This document shows positions 24,051-37,100 of a DNA stretch of 64,000 bases, in pieces. Under the pieces are notes generated by a model that saw nothing but the letters and a program-made list of their open reading frames with translations, was not told the DNA's origin and made no database searches. Numbering within the stretch: the first letter of the stretch is position 1; each line of letters opens with the position of its first letter. This DNA comes from Balanoglossus misakiensis (Eukaryota > Animalia > Hemichordata): positions 7,905,337 through 7,969,336 of the forward strand of contig CM082586.2 in assembly GCA_040954595.2 (NCBI GenBank), written 5' to 3'. A program made the position numbers and the translations under genes.

Positions 24051-25323
24051 ATTTGCTTCGCAGGCACTGAAAGCAAAACAAACAGTTTCCATATATGCAT
24101 TACATATTTACAAAATACGACTGAACAGGCTTGTTTTTCCATATTATTATGAGAGTGATTTAAGCTTCAAAACAACTGAAAACCAGGAAGGCTTGTGGCA
24201 ACATACTAGATTGAATCTCGACAACTACAATTGGCATACATATTGCCCACACTATGATTGTATCTAGGTATGTCCATTCATTTTCAGCTGAACTAAAAAT
24301 CAAGTAATTGGTACGTTGTATGTTCACTTGACAATTACATATTATGGGATGTGGTGGAGTGATTTACATGATTAAGAGTAATTTGAGTAATTAATAATTA
24401 AGCATTGAATAAATAGTAACAGTGTGCCTTATTGCAATATCTCATTAATTAGCTATCTTTGCGGCATCTAAACTAATATTCTATCATACCATGGCATAAC
24501 TATCATAAACAATTCTTTCCAAACTAACTCAAAACAAGCATGTATTACATGCAATAAAAATACTTTCGCAAGTGTTACACCTTCTCTTCTTTGGAGTTAC
24601 ATACGTTTGGGATAGTCAAGTAGGGAAAGAGATGAGTAACACTGAGTTAACTTGAAATACAACCTATGATCTCCAATAAAAATATACAACAACTTCTCTT
24701 CATGTTATAACCTAACACCAAACACTAATGCATTAACTGTAGTATTTTGCATAGTGAATGCATGAACAGCATAGATGTCGCACAAAGGTAGGTCAATGAA
24801 ATGGCATGGCAGACATGTCGTATCAGCATGAACAAACTAAAGATGTACTCTGAATAATATCTGGCAGTGAATTAAAACGTGGACTCCAGTTTCAAGTAAT
24901 AAGCATTAGCAATAGGTAAATGAAGTAGCAAAGTTTTCCTGAGTTCAGGATCTGTTACCAAAAGACTTGAATCTGCTTCATTCCCAATAGTGTCAAATAT
25001 TCACTCCACCCCAAATAATAAACAATAGAAGTCTTGAAGTTCAGCTCCCAGTGGACTGATACAGGTACAGCATCATTTGATGTGATTTGAAAACATCACA
25101 GTGAAGTCTTGACAAAATTAAAAATTTGTAAAAAAAAACCCTGCCCAAACTGAATAGAAATGTGTATTTAATGACGGTTAGGACAGGTCCACCTAAACCT
25201 TAAATGATCTAGGGAATTGAAAAGCTTGCCAACATGGACAGAGTTGTGCGTTAAAACCGAAACGATACTGTTGTATAGATTCAGCATGGATACATGAAAA
25301 AAAAGAATAAAGTCTAAATTTAC

Positions 25324-25431
25324 CTTAATAGCCCCCTGCTCTTGCTCCACAACCAGTGTGAGGGATACGTTCAATACGTGGTCTTTTATGCTACTGCCAA
25401 CCAGACTGCGCATGTACCAGCCAACATTTCA
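25324..25431 (-). other. Candidate 5'-UTR exon of the sulfatase gene
   Basis: Minus-strand acceptor TTTTGTTTTCAG and donor AAG|GTAAAT. The ATG exon also has an acceptor at 24066, so an upstream exon is expected. Confidence 0.45.
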
Positions 25432-27534
25432 CTGAAAACAAAACAGCCAATGGGGAGAGGGACGAAACCAAACCATTTTGACAAATTGATTTAGTGAAAA
25501 ATTGGAATGTATACGTTTTCACAAGCGACATAGCGACCAATACAGCTCCGCTGTGATACTGTACAAGAAACGACTTAAAAAATTGAATGACGCATTTCTA
25601 TTAAGACGCGGATAAGACTTGACAGCAGAAGGCAAAAAATGTAATATCGTACAAATACAGTCATGTATTGTACTGTTTGGTGAAATAAATGATTTTGTGT
25701 TTAAAAAAGTAAAAATTAGTCACCATTTGAGGAAACGTGACTTACAATCCAAGGGACCTACACACCAAACGTCAAAACAACTAGGCACATGCATTTTTAA
25801 AGTTTGGCCTTTGGAATTTTTTAAAAACAAAACATGTAGTAAAAATTCCATATGATACATTCTGTCTTGATTTGATCAAAGGTCAGTTAGATCACCCCTA
25901 AGTTTCATTAGATACCACATTTCAAGACCATCTGACATGCGGACTCTAAGAAGATTTTTGACCAAAAAAAGGCAACCCCCCAATAACCATTATTGCAGCT
26001 TCTATAGTAATTTCAACATCTGATTCAAATCACATCCAGGGGCCTGCGCACACAAAATTTCAAAGTATCAATTGATTACAAAACTACACACATGCAAATT
26101 TCACCCAAAAAAATCAACAATCACCATATCTGCAGCAAAAATTCGTGTATAAACTTATATGCTGTCAGAAACAATTACAAAACAACGAATAGGAAAATTC
26201 CTGTCATTCCTGGCACTCACTGGAAATGACTTCTTTCCAAGCTCACGTTTTACAAAACTTGCAAACAAGGCCTACACATGCAGGATTCACATATTTAAGG
26301 GTTGACAAATTTGGCCCAGTATTTCACGTGAAAAACAAAACAAAAGTAATGTTAAATGAAGATATCACTTAGAGCTTTTTTGTGTATTAGATTCATGTGT
26401 GTGAATTTGTTATTCGATAAAAATGAAAAAAGGTCTTCTGAAAATACGCAATGTTGAACACCACCTGTGTCCTCGTAAAAACTGTGTTTATGTTTTGTTT
26501 CGATTTCATAGAGCATACTTAATCAAAACAACTACATGGGAATAGCATATGTCAATTATGGAAAAAGTCATTTTGATAAAGTTTAATCGTTTGTTTTGAC
26601 CTTTGGCATCTGCAGACAGGTACTGCAGTTTTGTTTTAAATCACCTTCTCTGACTCAAGTACCAGGGTATTGACGTCGATGGTTTGATCTCACTGGCGTT
26701 CGCAATCAATTGACGAGTAAATATAGACTACTAGTATTTTGACATTATATGAATAGGTATGACGTTTACTTGAGAAGTGGACGCCTCCAACAGACTGTAT
26801 AGCTGGCATTGTTAGTCTAGACAACTGACATTTAGTTCCGAAAAAATGTTAACAATCACAGTGCACTTAACTTGTATAAAACTTTGTTGGCAAGCAGAAT
26901 ATACTAAGCATATCTTGATGACTGAAGCTGTACAATTGGGAAATTTAGCATTTTTGATGTAATTCTCACTACTTTTGTTTCAACGGATCTACTTTATTCC
27001 CACGTCATATGGCAAAAGACGTTGGTTGGTTTCACAAAAACATATTCACCAAACAAACCAAAACTGAAAGATTCTCCTCTCTGTTGGTTTTCGCTTTGTG
27101 TCAGAATTCCGTGTATCAGTTTTCCCGTAAAGGAATCAAACTATAGATGTAAAGATCGACTATGATTTCATCACTGATAAACCTGGCTGAGTGTCCGTCC
27201 AGCCTATAAATCTAATACATTTTTAAATTCTTCCTCCTAAATGTTTAGTGGTTGTTTGAGTTTGTTGTGATTTCTGCTTTCTGTTTATGTCTGGCAATAA
27301 AAAGCAGCGTTTGCTTAAAAATTCCAGGTTCCCAGAGCGATTGGCATAAAAACTGTATATATTACACACACAATATGGTTGGTTTACGTAGGCTTAGATG
27401 ACATGACAAACATCATGAAAAAAAGATCCAGATATGCCGTGTTGTTAAAAGATATAAGAGCAAGAGAACATCTGTGTTATCTCTATTAGAAGTGATTTCT
27501 GTTACCTCTCTGATTGAACAACTGACCTTTGAAA

Positions 27535-27575
27535 TCTCTCTCTCCCTCCCTCCCTCCCTCCCCCTCTCTCTCCCT

Positions 27576-27609
<34 letters not shown>

Positions 27610-27610
27610 T
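27535..27610. repeat. (CT)n/(CCCT)n pyrimidine microsatellite
   Basis: Directly visible. Confidence 0.9.
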
Positions 27611-28104
27611 GTTGGAAACAGACTAACGAACTGATGAAAAATCTACCAATAGCCATTATCACTGAAGACAACGTCCGACATCAGAACATAGAAGACCTGA
27701 CCAAAACCACAGAGGATGCAAAATTCATATAGTGCTGTTTTAGTTGTTGTTTTGATTCATTCATTGCTTCATTCTTTAGCGAAAAAGTTAGGCATGTACA
27801 TCCCAGAACGATTTATAAAACTTTCGTCGTAGTTTATAAATCCATTGATGGAAATTGTATATAGTCCATTCATACTACTACTGTGTGACCCTAATTTTTT
27901 GTTGATATGGCATCATACATCATATAATTTTACCCCCTTTTTACAGGAAAAACAGCAATTTTATTCTATGGTGGGGTTGGGCGAAAAAAATTAATGGATC
28001 AGTGTAGGTGATTCATTGAGAAGGGGACCATTCTCAAAAACATATCTGAAACAAACAAACAAACAAACAGCCTAACTAATTTAACTACATCAGCTGAAGC
28101 AGAC

Positions 28105-28619
28105 AGCTTAGTATCTCACTACAGTTAAAAATTACTGAACTGATTTCATTTTATTCCACAGCAACACTAATTCCATTGCAATGTCTAGATTTGCAATGGA
28201 AGTAAAAACTGTACATATGTTTCCTAAGCGCTGTCGAATGTTCGTGCCGAAAGATATATTATTACATGTACCAGTCTTTCTCGAATAAACTAATGTGGGT
28301 TTAATCTTATACCACTACATCTACGAAGTCAGAAGTGAATAAATCCCTGAATAACTATCACTGAAAGCTTAGTATCTCACTACAGTTAAAAATTACTGAA
28401 CTGATTTCATTTTATTCCACAGCAACACTAATTACATTGCAATGTCTAAATTTGCAATGGAAGTAAAAACTGCACATATGTTTCCTAAGCGCTGTCGAAT
28501 GTTCGTACCGCAAGATATATTATTATAGTACCAGTCTTTCTCGAATAAACAAATGTGGGTTAAATCTTATACCACTACATCTACGAAGTCAGAAGTGAAT
28601 AAAGCCCTCACTGAAAGCT
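28105..28619. repeat. Direct tandem duplication, ~261-bp unit x2
   Basis: AGCTTAGTATCTCACTACAGTTAAAAATTACTGAAC... starts at 28105 and again at 28366; the copies are nearly identical. Confidence 0.9.
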
Positions 28620-31129
28620 GTTGTTAAAATTCCTTTCTTCAAAATAGGTTACAGGTCATTCCAAACTGGCACTGTAGACACTCGTGAAACAGACAGGACC
28701 AGCAACTGTCGGCATCCATAAAGCAATGTATTACTTTCTGCGTACGATGATGATTATAATACCCGTACTGTTACATCATTAAATTGGACTCACGTGCCAG
28801 TACTTGACGTCATGTGCATACATGTACTTTCCTGTTTGATGATTGTGGATTACCAAGACAAATGCTGTACGGATGGGATCAAGTACACATTGTCAAATTG
28901 CACATGTTGCATGCTTCTGACATATTATCCGAAAATAAATATCAAGTCATTGTCGCGCCTTCTAAGGGCAATCTCAGTATATGTCATGGCACTTTGCATC
29001 AAGATAATGCGTTATATGGCTAAAAGACCTTTAAAATACTGCAATCCGTGGCACATTTCAGCCAACCGAGAAACCGATTTGCTGAAAAAGTGTCTCACAA
29101 TTTTCATTTTACTAGTACAAAAATCCAATTATCCTAGGGGAGGGGAAGGGGCAGCTGATAGTATCAATCTTTTGCCAAGGAATTTCCCAAATATGAATCT
29201 CAGGCGAAAGATTTGTAATTAAAAAATATGCCTAAAATTTACAAATCAAGATGAACACACCATGCATTGTAACCATGGAAACGATGTTCGCAGGAGGTAA
29301 ATTTGCATGACTGCAAAGTGCCAGAGGGGGGGGGGGGGGCAAAGTAGCAATGTCAACTTTTGATGAATATTGGCATGTGAATCTAGGCATATGATAATAA
29401 TCAATTTGCAAGTGTTCTTTGTATGTCGACTGAGTGAACATGCGATTATTGATGAAGACCATGCCAATAAGCTACGCATTGTGTGCAAGAAACTTCTGTG
29501 TGTCAATTCATGATTCATAGGTATGGTCGTTTGAGGGCGCCATACCGGCGTGGAGGTATGGCGCCCTCAAACATCCGTCCCTGACAATCTAGTCAATTCA
29601 TAACCTTGGATGGATGCATGCAATAGAAAGACTGGTATATTCCTAAGACCATGGTCGTAAATAAAAGAGAACCTGGTCTAAATATGACCAGAGTAGCTAT
29701 GAAATCAGTGAGTGAATCATTGAATAATCAGTTTCTATGAAAGAGTAACCGCAATCATCAACATTTGAGATCTGCAGTTCCGAAAACTGTTGTTACCCGG
29801 CGCACTTCAGAAAATTGAGAATTGCTATGTTGTCTGTGACTGAGGCCAACTTAATGATAGCCTAGAAATTTCCACTTTTTGTGCTGCTGTTGGATGAGGT
29901 GTGTTATGAAACACATATTGACTGGCCATATTTGGGTATGAGCCTACGTTTGTGTTCCTTCAGCCTCTGGAAACAGACTGTTTTAGGGTGACTCACAGTC
30001 ACAGGCACACTGCATCAGAGGAACACACACTCAAAGCACAAAAAGTGATAGTAGCCAGGCTTTTATTCTTATAGTGCAATGGATCTATATAATACACAAC
30101 TAGCAATGAAAATCTCTAATTCCGTTTCTGAGCTCTGTAGAAATACAAAAAAAACACAGCCTTTCCCAATCTAGGATATACTAACATTCCAGACTTTTTT
30201 TGTATTCCAAGATCTCGCCTGATGTAGGGGAAATAGTTCATGTTTGACATGGTTTCGAAATGAATACTTGATCACTACGAAAAAGCACGGTAAAGCACGT
30301 TAGCAAGCAGTCATGATTCAAGACCTACAACATCTTGGCTTGTGAGTGACTTTTAAAAGCTACTGACTCAACAAATAGTGTCTACTTCCTTGTGCAAAAA
30401 AGGCAAAGATTTCAGCTTATAATACAAAGTTCACCCAATTTTCCGAACGGACTTGGGGACTTAAAGACTGTTAGTTTTGATTTCTTACACATAATGATGA
30501 AAATATTCTCTTCAGTCGTATTATCTTGAAATTTCAAAACAGGGTTGATTTCAGTTTCAACCATTGTACAGGTAAAGCATGCCTTGACAATAATATCATC
30601 GACACATTCACTATGAATGCAAACATCGGAGCATGTTTTCAATGTTACCACTGTGATGTTGACAGATTTCAATGGGCAAGTGTATTGTTGACAGTAGCAG
30701 CAAAAAAAATAGCAATTCACAACAAGTCACTATGCATACACAAGTAGCTGACTCAGCAAAAAATTACAACCTGTTTGTGATATCACAGTCCAAGAGATAT
30801 TGAGAAATCCAATTTCTTTTCAAAGTTCTATAAGTTACTATTCTCAAATGCTGAACCTCAAGTCAAGCTGTACATCTAAGATTTACTCACGATCAAATAA
30901 AATAAAATAAAAAAGTTACATGTAAACACCAGGTTGCCATTTGAAATGTTGAAAACATTTTGGATTTATACTTCATTTTGTAATGCTATCATCTCAGCAG
31001 TTTATCAATTACAGTTCTCATTGCTTTTCGCTATACAAACAACAATAATGAAACAACAACGACGAAAGAAAAACGATGCTCTTTCTTCTAATGTACAGTT
31101 TTCATGTATAAAACAGGATGTTGCTGTTT

Positions 31130-34100
31130 TTAATAAGATCGGACTCTAGGGGGCACTGTGGGGCACTCCTCTTGATCTAGAGTTTCATCAATAACAGGCC
31201 GGTAATCCAAAGAAATCTGAAAATGAACAGAGATATTAAAGGGGCATTAGATGCAACTTTTTGTAGCATTTTCAGTATTTCCTTTGTGTGTTATTAATGC
31301 AGTTTTTTGTTCTACTCCAAACAGCATGCTAATTGTCAATATAGCCTGTATGTGTTTAAAGGTATACGGTCACTTATGCAAATTTAGCTAAGGTTACCAT
31401 GGCAAATTGAGATCTAGCCAAGCACAGATTTTCAGTGGGTGGCACACGCGAAAAAAGAGTGTCACCACATGTTCTTTGGAACACTCAGATGCACCATTTT
31501 AGCCATATATGGGCATTTGTAAATTTGAGGTGATCGTATACCTTTAATGATCATTGTTGTTGTTGACAAATGAATTCTAGTCCGGACTTGAGTTTGCACA
31601 ATAACAATGCTGACTATACACAACCATGTAAAGGCTGTGTTAACATATGAAACTATACCTCTGACATTCTTCTATTTGTTTAGTCTACGCACGTTTTCAT
31701 GGATATACAGATCGCATTTTTTATACTCCCTTGACTCTGCAACAACACATTGTAAATAACAAACACTAAATACATCTTGAAATTTTACCTTTCCAGTTTT
31801 GATATCCATGTAGGATAGTGAATGTTTCCTCCAGTGTTCACTAAATGACTTCTTTTTCTGTCCCTCTAGTGGTTTGGTGTAGTCGTATTCATCAATACGG
31901 TCCTAAAATAAACAAATAAACAAATAAACAAACAAACAGACAAACAAATAAACAACACAACACAACGTACATTGGATTAGTCATGTGCCAAGGAAGAGTA
32001 TTATTTTCATCCACCTTCTTACAAAATTAAGACTTCAAATTTCTTCTATGAAACCCAACATAGGGCAAGCTCTCAGACAGTTTACATCGGGGCCAAATAT
32101 CACAAAAAGATACGACAAACAGCAGAACTGTTCATTTTGACAGAATTATACACATTGTGTATGCGAATGAGCACATGATTTTAAAAAAAAAGATTTTCCA
32201 TAAAAAGAGATCACATATGTGGGATGCTGAGATTAAACTCTGTGACCTCTACAAAAAATACAAAATAAATGTCCTGTTTAGTTTCCATACCTTGAAGTCT
32301 TCGCGTGCATGGGCACCGCGACTTTCTTTTCTATTCTCAGCAGCATGCATGGTTTGCACAGCATTGATCAAGCAGTTCTGCAATTCCAACGTCTCTACAA
32401 GGTCGGTGTTCCACACCATACCACGGTCATACAACTGCAAGAGAAATTCAACACTCACTCAAGCAAGACATTTCTGCACTTCGTGACTCTGGGTCTGACA
32501 TTGCAAAAGTGAATCAAACTATGGTGACAGAGTGCTAAACATTTGTGACACCAAAATTCGTTATGAAATGATGCATGGACTTTTATAAAAAATGTATACG
32601 TATATTGAATATTATTCGTACAAGGATATGCAGCATAACAAAGCAGGCTATTCAGTATTAAACAATCTATGAATGGGCTGACTTTGACAAAATTTAAAAT
32701 GACATTCACTAGTTGATTTTGTTTTTGCTCCACAAAATTTCACTTTCACAGAAGTGGGCAAGGAGTGGATTTATTGTGGGGAGGATGTTGTTTTGAATAC
32801 GTACCTTAACATCTTCCAGTCCACTGTAGACATCATCGATAAGTTTACAACCTTCCTCAAGTGTCTCACCAGTTCTAAATACAGCAGCGTTGTTTTGCAT
32901 TGTCTGCAACAAAAAGGAATGTCATTATGACATGTACCAGTCAGAGGAATATTTCATCATCCTCTGAAATATCGGAATTTCATAATTTTGACATTCACAC
33001 ATTCTGAGCTCTAGAAAGCAAATGTCATGGTAACCATCTGATTTAAAGCACCTGATAAAGATCACCCACCCGCAAAGGAAACGTTTTCCAGCAGTGAACA
33101 GACGAATCAAAAGGAGACAGCATGAAGATTTATTTACAGCTCTGTCTGACAGTGAATCACTTTCTTTACTGAAGCTGGACAATTTGAAACTTGTCATCAG
33201 AAAATTTGTCATAAATGTTTACGAGTGAAATCATAGTTCCTTAATTGCCTATCATATTCCCTATCATTGTGTCCTATGATTTACATTTTGGACATACAAC
33301 AAAAGAGATAGTATATTATTAAACTCATACCTTCTGCATCTTCAATCGAAGTTCTGAGGCTGGTGTGCTTCCATTGGCATGTCTCAGTTTGTCCAAATTG
33401 GCCACAGATTCCTCACCAGCATCCTGTCAAAAAAAAAAAAAAAATCATTAGTTAGTAAAGGTCACCAGAACTGACTCCACATGGCTTTGTGTACAAGACA
33501 ACAGGGCCAAAACCCAAGGGAACCAGATCATTTCGGGGAAGTTACTAGTCTGATGTCACCATATTACCAGAACATAACCAGACAAGTGTTTGAAATGCCA
33601 CCTCGCAGAATACTATGTCCATACATAGGTTTTCCAATCACTTACCCATGTGCATTAAAGATCACCTCAAATTTACATATCCCCATATATGGCTGAAATG
33701 GAGTATTTCAGTGTTCTAAAGAACATATATGTATGGTGGCGCTCTTTTTTACGCATGTGCCACCCACTGAAAATCTGTGATTGGCTAGATCTCAATTTGC
33801 CATGGTAACTTTACCTAAATTTCGAATAGGTGACCGTATGCCTTTAAACTACAATGCCCTTTATAAACCACACACATCTGCAAAATGAAGTTTTCAGTGT
33901 TCAGTTTAGAAAGACTGGTCTGTACTTTCAAAGTTGACATTACCTGGCTGAGTTCAGGGACCTTGTCGCCTGGTTTGGAGGTTTCAGCAATTGTATGAGC
34001 ACAAGCACGTCCAAAGACGACTAAATCAAGCAGAGAGTTGGCGCCAAGTCTGTTGGCTCCATGCACTGATGCCACAGCCACTTCACCACAGGCGTAGAGA

Positions 34101-37100
34101 CCGGGAACGATCACATCTTCTCCATTTTTGTGGGTTAAAGCCTGAAAATAAACACGGACATGGCCTACAGGTTAATCACAGAAAGAGAGATTATGAAATA
34201 AGGAAGGGCTCTGAGGGGAGATTTTCAACCATCTTTTTTTGCAGAATTTGTGGGGATCATTCAGTAAATGCCAATGTTATTTTCGTTCTCTGAGTAAAAC
34301 GTTTCTGATCAGAAGTCATTGAACTATATGGCGTTCACACGGACAGCAGAAACATTTCTGAAACGTCTTAGCTCAGACATTTCTGAAACGTCTCATCTCA
34401 TGGCATGAATTATTATGTGTGAACGGGTTAAGTGGTCCTGGAACGTTTCAGATTTTGAGACGGCTTTGCTGGAAAGACCTGAGCTGATGTAAAGGATTAA
34501 GAACTCTCCGTGACATGTTATGGCCGAACGCCAGGGTCTATGTTTTAACTTTGTGTGTGTGTGGAAACGACTCGAAGGATTAATTGTCAATGTTTACAAA
34601 TGGCAAATAGTGTCCCTGAAACATCTCTACTTTTACCCAGTGTGAACCAGGTATTTATGCATAAATTCACCAAACATAAAACAAGACATGCTTGAACACG
34701 AACAAAACACCATTTCCAGTTAACAATCAAATTAATTTCAGAACGAGTTTCCCACCTGGCCCTTGTAATTAGTGGGTACTCCGCCCATGTTGTAATGCAC
34801 AGTGGGCAATACTGGAACGTTTTCACGCGTGACATCCACACCAGCAAAGATGGAGGCGGTCTCCATGATGCCCGGCAAGCGAGATCTCAGCTGTTCTGCT
34901 GGTAAATGATGAAGTTGCAGATACACGTGGTCCTTCTCTGGACCAACACCCCTGGACAGGTCAAAAAAATAGAAAATGTACATCAATCTAGTTCATTAGC
35001 TATACTTACAATTCTTACAACAATTTTAAAAGAATGAACACAAGTCTTTTGCTACATCAATGTTTCTGCCATGTCAGAAGACACTGATTATGTGAAAAAA
35101 AATTATGCCATGGTCATCTCAGTGGATAACAGCAACTAAATCACAAACACTTCAGAAGAACTGTCAATTGTAACCTGTGCATTCCAATCATCAATTTGAT
35201 TAAAAAAAATTGAATTTTAAATAAACATACAGAGAAAATAGCATGTTCCTATCCCTTTTTTTCCATTAGGGTGTCTGAAAAATTATTGAAAAGGCTAAGA
35301 TACTCTTCATGCTATAGTTTTCTTATGGTGCAAATATCTGAAATATTGTTTTCCTCCGGATATTTTTGTTCACTTGCAATAAATAATCACTGAAAGGAGT
35401 ACTCTTCAATTGTGTACCACTATCACATTCTCACCTGCCTTCACGGATTTCAATGGTCATACTACGCGACACGACATCACGCGATGCAAGATCCTTGGCT
35501 GTCGGAGCATAGCGCTCCATGAAACGCTCTCCTTCACTGTTGACAAGGATACCACCCTCACCACGGCAACCCTCTGTCATCAGACATCCGGCACCATAGA
35601 TACCTGTTTTCAAGTAAAAACCGTTTGAGTGTTGAAGTCAATCAAAAGGTGTTTGCAAAATGACATCATCATAAACTTGTATCAGAAAATTTAATTAATC
35701 CTGAAGGAAGTCAGTCCAACTGCAATGATTGAATAACATGTGGAGACATATTAGGTGATAGTAGTGAGAAATGATATCATTTGAGAAATGATGTCTTAGT
35801 GAATATTTTCACCACCATGGTTTGGTCCAAATCCATGGTTTTCTATGGTTAAGTTGGATCTCTATAAAGGAAACTAGGGGTAAAAGGGTTAAAGGGACAC
35901 AGTCACTAACTATGACATTATTAATCTCCTGGTATGGACTGAGTTGTACATTGAGCAATGACAACAAGTCTTTATTGCACATGTTTCTGTGAGTAGAAAA
36001 CCATAAATAGCTCATCAAAAGAAACGAAAATGACCAAAATCATGTCAAAAGTGAGCCATTTTGTCCCTTTAACATCGGTTTTGAATGTAATGAGGAGATG
36101 GAGCACTAGAAAATAGCTGACCTGTTGGATGGAACTGTACAAACTCCATATCACTGTTGGGAAGCCCAGCTCTGCTCACCATTGCTGTACCATCACCGGT
36201 GCATGTGTGTGCAGACGTGCAACTGAAGTAGGCACGACCGTAACCACTGTTGTATACAACCAAGAACAATTAAGTGTGAGATATTTGCTTTGTAAACCTT
36301 ACTCAAGCTCACAACTTTTTGTCTTTCAGATTTGTGATTTGAAAGTTCCTTTTACCACAAAAATTAACCCTATCACTACTGGGTATGGTACATGTTACAG
36401 TCATAAGTCCTTCAAAATACATGGGCTCTATAAGGTCCGATTCTCCATAGTGAAGGTACATGAATACCCAGAAAATAACACCATTTGCTATGGACTAGGC
36501 ACTGTTAGGATTAACCCGAACGCTGACAGGTCGGTTGAAACTGGTTTGATTTCCAGGGTGCCTGGCACCCAGGCCTGTTAGACTGCCAAGTGCATGTTAC
36601 TCAGTAGGGCCTATACAAGACCCTCAAACCAATACTGTGCAAACCAGTACGATTTGGTACATTTTACAGGGGGCTCAGACTGCCAAGTGTGTTTAAGTAG
36701 TAGGAGAGCAATGCCAAGACAGTCAAAATACGTTAAAGAAGAAAAATGGCACATATGTATTTTAAAGGACTTGACACTCTAAACAGCTTTGACACCAGTA
36801 GCACTAGGGTTAATCTATTAATAATATCAAGTTACAACATAAGGCATATCCAACCTAATTTCTGCATGGCAAATTGCTATGTACCGGTACTTAGTGAAGC
36901 TTTGTCTGTTCTTTTGTCTACTATACTCACCCAGTGGCAAGGATTGTATTCTTGGCTTTGAGTCTGTGAATTGATCCATCTTCCAGACAGAGAGCTATCA
37001 CACCCCGACACTCGCCGTCCTCCATTAGAAGATCCAGTGCAAAGTATTCAATGAAGTAGTGTGTGTCATAACGGAGCGACTGTAGGTGGAATGAAGAAAT

